From: Azolla caroliniana
Lineage: Eukaryota; Plantae; Polypodiophyta
Reading direction: 5' to 3'
Assembly: GCA_043228905.1 (NCBI GenBank)
Contig: JBHGNT010000008.1
Span: 7,006,001 to 7,070,000 of the forward strand
Length of the DNA: 64,000 nt
Part shown: positions 23,261 to 38,039 of the stretch, one piece after another
How the letters are laid out: every line of letters begins with the position of its first letter
Numbering within the stretch: position 1 is the first letter of the stretch
The notes under the pieces: model-generated
What the model saw: only the letters and a program-made list of their open reading frames with translations
Told to the model about the DNA's origin: nothing
Databases searched by the model: none
Translations under genes and position numbers: made by a program

Positions 23261-23346
23261 ATCACCATTCCCATCTCCTGCAAAGAAGGGGACGCAGAGT
23301 TGAGAGAGCACAATCCAATCCAATCCAATCCCCTGAACCCACGAAG

Positions 23347-26300
23347 ATGTCTCCCTCACAGCCGGAGAAGCGGCATCGCCTTGCACAGACACAGACCGTG
23401 GTCTCCCCTTCTGAGGAAGAGCAGCAGCAGCATCATGATCATGATCATAAGAAGACGAAGAAGAAACGGCAGAAGACAGAAGACAACTCGATGGAGATGG
23501 AGGTTCAAACCAACCCTAATTTCTCTGAATCAGTATCTGCATCTCTTCCTCCCGACTCCCTTTCAGCTCTAAATCTCCTCAGACTCATCAAGAACCGTGA
23601 TATAGCTCCTGAGAGGTTTGCCATCATCATCATCATCATTATCCGTTTCTATGTTTTGTTTCTCCTTGCTCAGAAATATGAGCTATTTTGACAATGCACA
23701 AAATCGAAGGATATGTTTTAATGTTTTCATTTTTCTTTCTCTCTGTTTGTTTTTGAAAATGTCTTATATCAACCGTACACTGCAAATAACTTCTGTATCC
23801 AATGTTTTTTTTTTCCTTGAAAAACTGGGTTATAAATATAAAGTCCAATCCAGTGCTGTGCAAAGTAATCCAAAAGAAGCACAGAATTAGATTGAATGCA
23901 CTTTTTAGCTCTCTATTAACTGTACACGAAATCCATAAAAAAATTGGATGCCTTTCTCCTATTTTACAATAGAAAACTAAATTGTACAGTCGATCTGAAG
24001 CTGCATTTCTTATCAATCCAATGTTGTGAAAAACAACTGAAAAGAAGCACAGAATTGTATTAAATGTACACCTTAGTTTTCTATTAGTTGTACACAAAAT
24101 CTCTCAAATTATGCTCTTTTTCTGGAAAACGGATTATGTTAGACGAACATAAGTCCATTGCTATGGAAACAATTTTATTTATCTATTTATTTAAAAATCA
24201 ATTTTTATATGAAATGCACACAAAGGTCATCAGAATCATTGTGTAGCTTAATCTTGAAGTAATTAGAGAATAAAACAAATTTGTGCTTTAAATGATTCTA
24301 TGTGTTCATGTCATGTTCTTCGTTTGGAAGCATGTTTCATAAAACAAACTTTATTATCTGCAAATGTCATATGGTTACTCCAAAGTTGCTGCTTCAAAAC
24401 GATTCTTTATTTTCCTGGAACAGGAAAGTTGAACAGGCATATGGTTTTATTACACATGGGAGCAGTATATTGAGTACAAACAGAGAATCTGTTCATTCTA
24501 TCGAAAGTGGATTGGTACCCCGGTATCACTTAGTCACATCCCTCTCTGAATGGGTACAGGGATTGATAATCAATTCCTCGAAATCTTATCCTACAAACTC
24601 TATTGTGGAGGATAAGGGAAAGCCTTTTCACGAAAGTATTTTGGAGAGAACTGTTGCAACATATCTAGATATACGTTGTTGGGCTATTCTCAAATGGTGC
24701 TTGGCTTCAGGTATTCCTTGGAATGTGGGCTTTGTCTCACTAGGCATACTGCAATCTCTCTCTCGTTTACTAGATGAGGCTTACACCTTGGTGTCTCAAG
24801 ATGCATTATTCTATAGCAGAGGTAACAACATTAAGAAGACCGATCGAGATAATGGAAGGAGATATTTCACAGAAGATTTTTTTGCAGCAGTACATGATGT
24901 TGCTCATCTACTATTTTGCAGATATGAGGGGCTTTTTAGACCAAAGCTTGATTTATGGGTTCCTTCTACAATTTCATGTTTAAGGATCGCTTCTGTATTT
25001 TGCTCATCAACATATATTGAAAACAATGGGAATATACTTTTTGATCTAAGTATTCTTGTTTTACGGCGTTTTGTTTCTTTTTTGAGATCATCTCCTAATC
25101 CTCGCAAAGTCTTTCAGTCTGTTGTAGATAAATTGCTTGAAAGTCTTCTTAGCTTGCTAGGAAAATTTAGCTTGGCAGGTGCTGATGATGAGAAACAGAA
25201 AATATTGGGTGTTGTTGAAGATATACTGAAGCATAGCCTGTTTCATCGATCCCATTTGGAGGGTTATCAGAATGTGTGCAAATTGTTGAAGCAATCCGGG
25301 TCACATATTGATGATATCATCCCAAAGGATGAACCATCCACTAATAGTAGTAAGGAAACGCTTACCTTTTTGAGCTATCACAAATTATTGTTTCAGAAGT
25401 TGGATTATTTTGTTAAGGAAAGGAAGGTTTTTACTTTAAAATCCATAGCCTGGATATTCAGGACTTATATACAAGAAGTTAAAACTCAGATGGTTCTAAA
25501 GTCTTCAAACTTACTTGGTTCAAGGAATAAGCAACTTTCTAGGATTGCTGCATCTAAAAAATCTCTTGGTTTGGCGGACCAACTGCCCGATCAGGATACT
25601 GAATCAGGGATTGATCATCATGAAACAAAAAAGGGTCCTGAGAGAATAGTTTTCTTTGCTGTCTTCACAGAATTCATCTCCCCATTGTTGGAGGAATTTG
25701 AGGCTTCATCGCACATTTGCTTCTTGAAGAATGAACTTACAGTAGAAAATCTTACAATATTAAAGTCTTTAATGAATTCAACTAACAATCTTCTCTTGGT
25801 AGCAAAAGAAGAGCAGATTTATGTGCCAACAGAGGACACGCCAACTCTTATGAATCTAGACTTTATCAAGAAGATATACAATATTTTTACTGATTTTAAC
25901 ATGGCTCTGCAAAAGTTCTATGCTCAAATAACATCAGGAAACTTGAGCAATATTGGGAATGAAGAAATCCAAGTCCTGTTAATGGAAGTCCTAAATGGTA
26001 CTTTTATAGGCATCAATCATATTCTGGAGCTTGAGTACAGAGTGCTTGAAAATGACTTGGAAAAGATATGGATGACGGTTTTCTTTATGGCGGCATTCCA
26101 ATTTATGTTGGGAAGTGCAAGTGCACAGTTGGTCTCTGTTACTGAGAGAGCAGTCAATTTAGCTTCAAGGATTCTGACAATTTTCAGTGAACTAAGGCAG
26201 GTCAGCCTACCCTACCCTTGATAGGTGTTCCAAATTGTGCCACAAAGGTTTCAACTTTCTCTGACAGGAAGATTCATCATCATAATATACTAGCTCTTTT

Positions 26301-29300
26301 CTGTACGGCATGCATTTCATTTTGAAAACATATGGCTCAATGGGTTTTGAGCATATATGAATATGATAGGATCTTGAGTAACATTTCACTGATGAGTTAT
26401 CTTGCTTTCTTTTTTATCAGATTGATCGAGTGATATTGAGTTTATGCGATTTTCTGAGATACATAACTCGACTGGAAAATCCCCTATCTTATCGAGTAAA
26501 GCTTTCAAGGAAAGCTTTAGAAGCAATCTTACTCTCCAAACATTTCCTTATGGTTCTGTCTTCAGTGATACAAGAGATACCTGAAGGCCAAGTAGCTTCG
26601 TTCATGAGATTACTTGGTGAAGACATGGAACAGACCTTGAAAATGATACAATCAAGCATCGTTCATCCGACAGACAGGCACAAAAGATTGCAGAAAACTT
26701 CTATTAAAGTGATCACAGAGACATATGTCTGTATTCTTGACCAGGGAAATGTCACTGCCTCTAATAGTGTACAGTTTGGGGCATCATTGAGGACATTGAT
26801 GGATAGAAGTTTGATCCCTTGTTTAGGTGTTTTAGTGGACAGTGTGTTAAGTGATGATGACATGACTGGCATGTATACTAGGTTTACACATGCACAGTCT
26901 GAAAATAGTGGTAGTCCAATAGATCTTCAGCATATATGTCCAACCAATAAACATGATGATTCCAGTACCACTGTTTCACTAACATGGGCATTTATTCTTC
27001 GCCTCTATATATCAGTCAAGTGTTTGCATAGAAGATGCGTCACTTTAATGCCCCCAAAGGCGGCAAGAAAGGGTAGCATCTCTGCAAATGATACTACGCT
27101 TGTGTTATACACAGGAGAACAGACCAAAGTTGAAGACTTAATAGTTAATGAATGCTTCTTTTCCTGTGCGAGGAAGGGGGATATTTCTGTCCTGGATGTT
27201 CTATCTAGTATTTATAAGTGGATTGAAACAACAAAACAAAACAAGGTAGAACCATTGGAGTATACCCTACTTTGTATTGGAGTTCAGAGCCTTGCTGATT
27301 TAAAGAGGCAAATTAAAGCCGTTCATTATACGTTAGTTGAAGCAGATCTGGGAACATTAGATAGCTCTTGTAAGAATAATAAGGAAAAGCTTGCAACAAA
27401 TCAATCAAATCTTTGCCACAAAAAGTCTTTACAAAAATTTCACAAGAAGCTTAAGAGGAAGGCTGTGGCTATTACCAGTTTTTTGTTACAATGGATTAAA
27501 GATTTATTGGGAAAAGAAAAAAGATTTCAACCTAAGAGAAAATCTTCAGGACAGATAGATTCTTGGCACATTCCTGAAGTAACTTGGAATAAAGTAGTTA
27601 CAAACCTTAATAGTCAAACACTGCCAGTAGCAAGATGGGGTTTGATTTGTCAGAATCTTGGTGTTTGGTCAGAATTTGCTAACAGTGACGATTTAAAATT
27701 ATTTACCCAATTTATGCTTGGGTTCACAATATCATTGGACAATCATACTAATGATGGTAAGGAATGCTGCAATGTCTTTTCAATCACTAAAGATCTTCTG
27801 AACACAGACTCATTCTATGAGGAGAAGGTAATAGTTGATTCTTTTTGGTAAGGTAATATTTACACTAAGATGTAAATTTTATATATTTGTTACTTTTGGT
27901 TTCATGATATTTTTGATACTTTTGTTTTTTGTGCAATTCTTCTAGATAGTGAAATCTGGTTCCCCCCTACATTTGGTTTCAAATAGAGCCTTGGGACATA
28001 TGATTATGTGGAGTTAAACTATATGCATGTGGGTAAATATTTTCTAAAGGTTATCTCACTTGGAAGTTGAGAAGCAGTCATATATTTACCATCGTACTAT
28101 GAAATTGAGAAAGGTGACCTGAAACTTTAATTCCATATGCTACCAGGTGTACTTCCACACATCTGCTCAAGATGCAAATAAAATAAAGAACATGTAAAAC
28201 CACAAATTGTACTGTTCTGTCCTTCATCATCTTCATTGTGTCTCAAATGACTAGATGACCTGAGACCTTTCTTCTGACCACCATCTATCTATCTGTCTAA
28301 TAAATAATTATTCTTTCTTCCTGAATTTCCAAATTTACTGATAGGGTTATGTGTGAAAAATTTGCCAGCATATATATATAGATGATGAAGAAGGGCTAGT
28401 ATCCTTATATGTCATTAACTCAGTGATACTGTTATTCTTCAGGTTTAAGCTCCTTACATATCTTTCCATACATTACCTGATAGTCTACTTAGTTGACTCT
28501 TGACACACGTGGATGCATAATGATGTTTTGGTAGTGAGTAAAATGCTTGAGCATTTTAGAGAATTCCTTGTGATGATACTTTGATTCTAGTTTTTCCATT
28601 TATTCAATGATCACCTGCCCTTCTCTTCTTGGCTGTATACCGGTGATCCTACATTTTACTCACACAATGATATAAATAAATTTATTTTATAAAATACTTA
28701 TGACATCGATCAATATCAAGATTGGTTTAGAGCATTTTAGCCACCTGTCCAGGTCATAAATCCTGTGGTGCAATTATAACGTTTATTCTGGAATAGAAAT
28801 GTTGAATCTCTATTGATCACTATGTGAATGTTTATTCACTTTCAATGTTAACCAAAATTTGATAATGTAAATGTCTGTGTAGGTGGTTCGGGAAATATTT
28901 TTACAAGAACTATGCCAACAGCTGGAAGACAATCTATGCCTGTCTAAACTCAAGCTACCAATTGAATCAGCAATTAATTATATCCAGACTCAACTTGGTA
29001 CTAGGAATACTTATTCAAACTTCAATAGGAGTCATGCAATTTGTTCAGAAGCCCATGAAGTGTTTGAAGACTGCAGCTTAAACTTCACAAACATTAATTC
29101 TGTGAAGCTGTCAAAGTGTGTGCAATTGATGAATTTAGTTTCAAAGTTTCCCAATGGATACATAGAGACAGAATCTGTACCTACATTCATTAGCTTTGTC
29201 CTTCGCCTTGAAAGGTAGTTTTGACCAGGTCGATCTTATGTTTGATATATATTCTGATTCTGATATTTTAATCTTTATTCAGGTGTATTGTGCTTTTGAT

Positions 29301-32300
29301 CCTTAACTCAAGAAACCATTGTTTGGAGCAATGCAGTATTACAAAAGCTTCCCAATTATTGTGTGGTCTAGACCTTCTTATATCATGTCGCAGGTGTCTC
29401 GAATTGTTGCTTCTAAAAGATACTGCTCTCCATGCTGCGCATGGAGATTCTTCTGTCATGTCTATTGTAATGAATGAATCCTCTTCAATGTACTGGTTTA
29501 CCCTTTCAATGCGTGCTATTGCATGTTGTGTGCATGCCTTAAAGCCTGCTGAGGATGTTTCGCTAAAAGAAGCACTACTTTCTCTTGCAAGGTGTACTAG
29601 AGGTCTCTTTTCCTTTTGTTGTGAGAATTTATTCAGAGAATATCTTAAACCACTTTTAATGAGACAGTCAAATGATACAATTTCCGCTATTGCAACATCA
29701 GCATTTGACTTTAATCTAAGTTCCCTTTTTAGCAGCCTGGTCACTGAGTCAATATATTTTTCTGAGCTCATAAGATCAAGAGGATTATCAAGCTCGCTAG
29801 ACCAAAACGTTAGGCAGGAATTGAACAGAAAAGAAAACAGTGTTCGGAAAGAATATCCATATGGGTTGGTCACCTTTTTAGCTGCTATAAGCTCTGTATT
29901 GTGGAATGTCACTAAAACCATGGAATCTTTTGATGAGAAGTGCCATTTAGATAAAAGTGGGTCTACAAAGTGGTCGGATTTGTTCCCTCATGAACTTTCA
30001 AGCTTCATTTGTACCATAGAAAGTTTTCTAACTCAATGCATACAGGAAATATTACTGGCTGATGAGAGTATTGCCATACAATCAGAAAACTTTAAGACAC
30101 ACAAGTACCTTGAACATGACAATGTTTCTCAGGTTGAAAATGCTGTTGCTGGAAGTGAAGTAGAACTTCAAGGTGATGAAAATCACTTCGTTGATGTAGC
30201 TAATATTGTAGACTTAGCAGGCCAAGAAGATGGTGCTGCTGGAATAACGAATTATCATGATGTACTTAGTGAAGATAGCGAGGTAGATATTTCCAGTGAA
30301 GAAGATATGCATTTACACAAGGAACACCATAAGAGGGCATCTGGAGAAATAACTTCAACCTCTAAGCATTCTGTATCAGATGTAACTGAAGAGTTGATGC
30401 ATCCAGCTGGTCAAGTTTTTGCTGATTTCCCAGAAATCTCAGATGATCAACTCTCAATGTTCCAAGAGATGCTTTCTGGGAAAATAATCACACTTTCGGA
30501 TTTGCTAGGAGAAATATTCATTTCCATGGCTGCTATTTTGCGGTTGAAGAGTTTGTCACATTCTCCAAATAAAATCAATTGTGAAGGTGGTTTTGCGAAA
30601 CAACTTTCCGATAACTTGATCTGTTTGCATGGGGGATTTGCAAGCAAAATACTGCAAGCAGCAGCGATAATGTCTCAGACCCATGATATCATGCAGTTCA
30701 TGCTCCTGTTAGGTGCTACCAAATACTTGGAATCTATTGGAAGCTTTCTGCCATATGCCAAACCAACATATTCACCTTCAGCTATTGTGAGCCTCATCAG
30801 CGTGCAAATGTCATTGTATGGATCAATTGTTTCCAAAATTCAGGTGAATCCTCTGTGACATTCTGTAAAATGTTTTATTTCTATAGTAATCTTGCTTATG
30901 TAATTGCTCCCTTTCTCATAATCAGAACAATATGATTGTCAAACTCTAATTTATCGATAGATCTCATCGGATTATACAACAAATAGGAATGGTTTTACGA
31001 TACTATGATTGTGCTATGTATCTTTGAGAATAAAAAAGAAGTGATAATTAAAGAGCTAAAATGATGTGAGTGAAATTGCATATCTATACACTCTGTAGTT
31101 TTTGTATAGGTATGATATTTGCTGTTATTTTTCTGTGTTCTTTTGCCCCCACTTCTTTTCAATTAGTTTGTCTTATCACGATATAGATATGACCTAAACA
31201 CGGTACACGAAGGAGTTAATAAGCCATCAATCCAGGTTCCCACTCTTCAACGCCAAGAGCATGGAGGATATGTCCTCAGTAAGGTATATATCTATACTTT
31301 CTCAAATGATCTGCAGACACAAGCTCAGCAAAACTTGGTGGCTGTCTCTAGGTTGTCATCTCTAGCCATGGGCACCTCACTAGAGAGTGAAAATCTTGGA
31401 TGGAAACGAAAATCATTCTTGAATGGTTAGTCAAATGACTGTTTTCTTGTACCACAGAATCTTTAATGGTCTTGTTTTCTCTGGGGTAGTGTTTTTTAAC
31501 TTTAGCTTCATCATTTTCGATTTCAAAATTTAGATCTTCTCCCCATTGTATGGATGAGATATCATATGAGATGTGGTACAATTCTTTCGTCTCTTATAGG
31601 CCACTTTAAAGATTCATGTATTATGATTTACTTTGCTCTTGTTAAGAACTTTGTAGTTGATCATGATTTTGGTAGTTTTTTCATTGCATGATTTATTGGG
31701 TGATTCAATATAATGTACTATTGTGAAGGTGCATAAGGATGCGAAGATGTATGGGGAGTTAATGAATTTAATCTGTCAGCAGGTGAAGAATGTTGGGCAA
31801 TTCTATCAGGATCTCAGAACTTCTCTTCAGAATTGTTTCATTATGTTTTTGAAGAGACCTCTTGGTCTTCACTTCCATTTAACACTGCAAACTATTGAGC
31901 GTGCTCTTCTAGGTTTCAACGAAGTTCCTAAGCATAAAACTATTAGAGGATCCGGTTTCAGTAACTCGATACAGAATCTCTTGTTGATTGCTGGCATAGA
32001 GTACTTTTCAATAAGCCTGAATGCTGTTACTGGTAAGTGTGACAGAAGATTGGCACAAACTCTCTGAATATTGGAATTAGTGATTTCAGTGACTATTTGC
32101 AGGTGCCAAGAGGTTGCAAATACTGTCAAGGTATTCTTCAAGATATTTGGCAGCGATATTTAACTTGTTTGCTAATGATCGAATTCTTTGGTATGGTCTG
32201 GCTGGATCATCATTTTACCTGAAGATTTATGGTTCCACTGAGATTGAGAATGTTGAATTACTGGATTCAAGAACAGTTGCAATATCAAAATGTATTGAGA

Positions 32301-35300
32301 TTTTATCAACCATAGCATCTCGAGAAGTGATATTCCCAATGAAATCTAATCATGTAGCGCAAGCAATGACAGTTCCTTCTGTGTTATTTAGACCTTTCTA
32401 CCAAAGGAATGCGAACCAATTGAAGTTGATGCAGAATATTTCAACTAATATGGATGTATGGGATGGGAAGGATTGCAAGTTCTTGATTCCAGATGATTCT
32501 CCTGCTTTGAATGTGCTTTTGGAAGTCTATGTGTCCAGTTGCAAATTGCTCTGTAATCTTTTAAAACACAGAAAAAGGTATGTTTTTCTTTTAATTCAAA
32601 TATAAAATTACAACTAATGCAAATTGAGAAAATATTGATGGGGATGTTATATGAAAGAGTAGCTGTTATGTATCTAATATAGTAGCTGAGGCATGTTAGT
32701 GGCAAGTTGCAACTAGCACTGATGATTGAGTTAGACACTTCAAGTCAAAATTAACGTTCTTGTCAAAATATGAAATTTAGATGGACTAAATGATGTTTAG
32801 CCTTCATGAAGAGGACATATTCATCAACTTCTGATGTTTGTTCCTCATAAAAGCACCATATAAAGCAGCAATGAAAATGTTTGTGTTCAAGGATGACAGA
32901 TGAGAGCCAAACATATACCAAGACGCCCCCATATAATCTAAATTGTAGTGGCTGAGGCATGATTGTGGCAGGTTGTGACTATTGATAATCTATTAAGGCT
33001 CTTCAAGTCAAAATGACTGTTCTATTATCACAGGTATGAAATGTGGATAGAATATGTGATGTTTAGCTTTTATGTAGAGGACATGTCCAACAACTTAATA
33101 CAGGTTAGAATTTTAAACAAAATTTGGGTTCAAGGAAGATAGATGAATGACATATACTCCAGGCCTACCCTATACACGTAAAAATGTTCAATACATTGCC
33201 TAAGCATAAATGTACAAAGTACATTAAGAACTGAAGAGTTCTTGAAATCTTTTAACAACCAGAAGTAGGGTGTCACCATAAATTACAATTCAAAGAACAA
33301 GAAGACTCATTGAATTATGCAAGCAAGAACCCTATACACAGCATTTGAGATTGAATCGTCAAAATGTATTGTTTCTTTATCTTCTTTTGATATTGCTGAT
33401 ATGTCTTCCTGTAGATTGTTGGAGGGTGGCAGCTCCAGACCTGCACTCTCTTTCATCTTTATTATCTCTGTACTACATTCTCTCTCTTCCTAGATTCTTT
33501 TCTCTCTAGAATCTTCAACTCTTTAAATGCCTTCTCTCTCTAGAATCTGCAATGCTTTAAATGCTTTTTGTCTCTTCCACTTTTTCCAAGATATTCCCTT
33601 TTTTTATTCCTAGTTTATTGTACCTGTTTGGTAGTACAAGAGTCTCTTAACTACCAAACAACCATTCCCAATTTTGTATAAATTGGCTTATACCAGCCTC
33701 TTTTGTAATAAGATTATTTTCTGCTGCTACTTAGAAACAAACACAACTCTTTGGCTGTGTCTCTACTCTTTGCAACCATATTTTCTACTGCTGTCTAACA
33801 GCCTTCTCACAGCTTGGCTGTGTCTATTTTGTTCTAACTCTTCCGCTGCTGCTATTAACAGCTTTTCGCACAATTACTCTATTTATCTCTTTTGTTGTGT
33901 CGTAACATGTCCTTTTTCCAAAAAGCTCAGAAATAATTTATTCACTGCATTTTCCATTATTGTAGCTTGGTTTAGTTTCATTTCTGCAGGTATTTGCAAT
34001 CAGAGTTTTCAACGACCATTTCCAATTTGGAAATTCTAGTCATATTTATTGCATTATCCTTGATTAATGTACAATCTATACCTTCTCTGGTTTTAGAGCC
34101 TGTGTACGCCCTCAAATTTCTTCCCTTGATTTGGCAGCGACCAAGTTAATAACTGTGAGAAGTTGAGTTTAGTTTCATTTCTGCTGGCATTTGCAATCAG
34201 CGTTTTCAATCCCATTTGAAAATTCTAGTCATATTTATTGCATTATCTTTGATTAATATACAATTTATACCTTCTCTGGCTTTAGAGCCTGTTCATGCCC
34301 TCAAATTTCCTCCCTTGATTTGGCAGTGACCAAGTTAATAACTATGAAGAGTTTGTTTTTGGTCATAATCGCAGAATTAGTGTTATGAGTTACATGTGAG
34401 ACATGTGCCTTAGTTCCATTTTCTCTTCATACATGGATATAAAAATTTATGTGCACTGTTATTGAGGATTTCATGTAGGAGGAAGTTGTGCTTCCATAAG
34501 TTTTTTAGATATTTTGTTTGCTTGGTCTGTATGTGAAATTCTGTACAGCTTGATTTATCAATCTTGGATGGTCTAGTTATAGCAACTGTTTGATTAATTG
34601 AAATTACTGTTTTTGTGGCAGGGAAAGTGGACACTGCATTGCACTTCTAGGAGATTCATTACGCACAATGCTCTTTTTTCTGGAGATCTTGGATCTTTCT
34701 TCATCATTAATACACAATGGTAGCAGACACATATTTGAATGCGCTATTCAATGTGCAAGTGGATTGAGGCGAGTTTATGAAGAGGTCAGTGCATTACTTG
34801 TGATCTTTGAGAGTAAAATTTATTTGAATGGTTATTCATGGTTGTTGAGGCTTTACCTGTTGATTTTTATTATTATCAAGAAATAAGTGTTAAATTGGAT
34901 AGGTAGAATCTTCCCCTAATTTTATACACTATGTATGTAAGTGTATTTTTAATTTCACTACTTCTTTCCATGCTTCATATCAGAATGTAATGAACCATTG
35001 ATGCATAATTATATCTCAGTTAACATAAAGGTGGAAGTTTCTGGACATTAGATAATGTTTATGTTCTTGAGGAATATGTATATATATATATTCTTCTATC
35101 CTTTCATCCATCTATATATTTGATGCAGAATTATATCTCCGTGAACATTTCTGGAGATTTCACACTGTTTCTATTCTTGAGGAAAATGCAAATATATATA
35201 TGTATGTATGTATATATAAATATGGATATGTTATGTATGTGTGTATGTATGTATGCATACATGCAGATCCTGGTTAAGAAATGACGGCTGTTCCATGTAC

Positions 35301-37482
35301 TTAAAGTGAGCACAATAGTCACCCTGTGTTTGCCATTCTTGGGAGATCATTGCTTGAGGTATATGTATATGTATATTTGATATCATGTATAGAGCTGCTG
35401 CTATAGGGTTCCAGTTGTCATCAATGTTACTTGTGCATTGGAACACCTTTGTTGGCTCGTATCTCGTTTGATTTCAAAGAATGTTGCACTGGGGTGGGGA
35501 TTTTCTCTTTGTAGTATGTGGTTGAGATTTCTTTCCCCTGTATATAGTTTGCTGCTACCTGTTGCCTTTTAGTTTGTATTGCTCCCTTATAATCAGTAAC
35601 CGGCTGGGAGTCTTGTTTTGCATGCACAGATTATATGAATTTTCTTTTACTTCATTAGGTCCTTCAATTGCAACTGACAACGTTATGTAAGTTTTGTATT
35701 TTTAGTGAACTCGATGCAAAATGACAAGAATAACAGTGTTCAAAACTTCATGATTTATTTAACTCCGTTCTGATTTATGTGTTTACTGCATTACCCAGCT
35801 CCATAGTTGAGCCTTGAGCTTTTGCATTGCAGATTGCCGAACATAAAGATACTGTAGGAGCTTATTATGCTCATTTGCTTTCAGATTACATCTGTGTCAT
35901 ATCAGGATATGGCATGACTGTCACAGGGCTCTCAAGGTTATATTTCTTACTCTATTACGAATATGAAGTTATGACATAGGATTATAAAGTGTGATCTTTA
36001 TGCTTCTCAATAATTGCAGGAAAATTGAAGTAACCATCCGGTCAGGAGCATATGCCTTGGTAGATTCATGCTCACCTGATGACCTACAACAGTTACATGC
36101 AGTTCTTGGAGGTAGAATTTCGTTAATATTATTTGATAATGTATATTGGTAGTAGATGGTTCAGCCTTTACATTAGATGTTTGCATAGTTGATCTTGGTC
36201 CAGCATGTCTGTTTGTATTCTCTCCTTTACTGTGGTAGGGTATGCATAATATTGTCTCTGTCTAGAAAATGTTGGCTGGAATTGAAACCCTCTAATGCTT
36301 GTGTTAAGAATCATAATCTTTTCAAAGTAATAACTAACGTTTAATGTTACTGTGCTGCTTTACATACTTATGATGATACTAATCGAGAAGCATATTAGGT
36401 TTTTGTGAAGAACTTCAATATATGACTGTCTTCTGTTTCTTCTAGTTTTGGACATGGATGAAAAAGGGATTAAAAGAGAACTGTAAAATATTGGCCAAGT
36501 AAAATAGTCTCTCCAAATCATCACAACAAATACATGATCCACACTATCTTTTAAGCTTTGGAAATTTTGACTCATAATATATTTGCTAAGATTTATACAA
36601 CAAAAAAATCATTATCATAAGATTGTTGTATGTATCCTTCCCCACTTGATAAATGTTATATATAATCAATGATCAACCCCAAGTTGTAAATCTATCCTCA
36701 TATGTACTCTTATAGAGTGCTTATTTTGTGATAGTGCCCCAAATGAGGAGTAGCTATTGTGCAACTTGACCATATGGGCCGATAAGGTGTCAATCTAGGA
36801 AACCGTAGATTCGTAGCACACAATGTATTTAAGAAAGAGCCAAGTAGGCTAATAGGATTGGCTAATCAAGTGAACTAGAAGAATATTTTGTGGGCAAGCT
36901 ATGGCGTACTTAGACTTGAAGTATGTGCCATTGACTTTAAGGTAAGTATTATCTAGCACTAGCTTGTATCTAGGGAGCAGGATCATATTAAATGACAAGT
37001 CAGTTGACAGAAAAGGAATATCTCCACTGCTATTAACTGACATGCACATTTAATGTTACACTCAGACCAAACAGAGAATATAATCTACTCTCTTACACAA
37101 TGGTGTGATGATCATCTGTCCTCATTAATTTTGTAGCGAGCTGGTCCAGATCCCATCTCAGCTCTAAGTTGTGAGTGCATGGGTGAACTACCATTGTGAG
37201 CTACTCTCATATGCGAAGTTCTGATTTCATATATCCATCTCTGTGATTGTAACTCTAATCGATTCCCAATATTTCTAACAATAAATACTAGATAACTACC
37301 AAATGTTTACACTTACATCAGATTATTGATTGTGCTTTAGGAGGAAGACATTGGAATTTTTGTTTTATATAACTGTATGCTTGGTGTTTCTTCATTATCT
37401 TGCAGAGGGTCCAAGGAGAACTGCACTTTCTGAATTAAGAAGAGATTACGAACAACACTTCAAGTACACTGGAAAAGTCTGA
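23347..37482 (+). CDS. URB2: Nucleolar pre-ribosomal-associated protein 2 (Urb2/Npa2 family), 14 predicted exons
   Basis: Phase-consistent GT-AG exons: 23347-23615, 24424-26200, 26421-27827, 28883-29214, 29283-30843, 31099-31109 (inferred microexon), 31187-31283, 31729-32032, 32103-32577, 34622-34784, 35833-35936, 36020-36111, 37406-37482 (13 identified; one more short exon cannot be excluded). The C-terminus GAYALVDSCSPDDLQQLHAVLGEGPRRTALSELRRDYEQHFKYTGKV matches the plant Urb2 domain as I recall it. Confidence 0.85.
32680..33170. repeat. Old intronic tandem duplication (~265-bp unit)
   Basis: GCTGAGGCATG...CTTCAAGTCAAAA...TGATGTTTAGC...AGAGGACAT occurs at ~32685 and ~32952 with many substitutions. 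Confidence 0.65.
33970..34345. repeat. Intronic tandem duplication (~190-bp unit x2)
   Basis: GTTTAGTTTCATTTCTGC...GACCAAGTTAATAACT repeated at ~33970 and ~34167 with high identity. Confidence 0.85.
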
Positions 37483-38039
37483 TACAAAACTCTGTAAGCT
37501 GTAAATCTTGTATTGAGTACAAACTTCTTTGACTAAATATAAGCTTCGTTGATTCTGAGATCTTTGTAATGAACATACATGAATTGGTCTGTGTAAGAAA
37601 AATATGTTGACTGATATCTAGTCAGCTCTGAAATGTACCGAGTTTTTTGCCAAGATGGCATCTCTGTTATACATTCCTTTTGGTTCCAAATTTTCATTTG
37701 TTCTGATGGAATAAAGGCATCGTTATAAGATGCATTATGATGAAGATGACGCACCTTCGTTATGGCTGTCTTTTGGTTTCAATGTTTCATTTGTTTCAAT
37801 AGAAAAAATGTTTATGCTGATTAAGGTGAACTTGTTGGAAAGAAGAAATATTTAGTTTGTTTCACCATATGGATTGAAGAGTAACTTGTTTTAACAAAAA
37901 GATAATTCATTGGGCAATGACTAGTTGCATCTAGAAATGATTTTCTAGAGTCAAAATTCATTAGTAAAATTGATTGTGTACCGAAACATCTTCAGCATTT
38001 AATTAAAAGCATGCAATGTCATCTCCATCTGTCACCACA

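Noticed and set aside
29268-29921. 217-aa antisense ORF
   Set aside because: Lies entirely opposite URB2 exon 5 with no recognisable motif; a shadow ORF.
33271-33907. Solo LTR in a URB2 intron (TGTCAC...GTAACA)
   Set aside because: The flanking 5-mers (TAGGG vs TGTCC) do not form a TSD.
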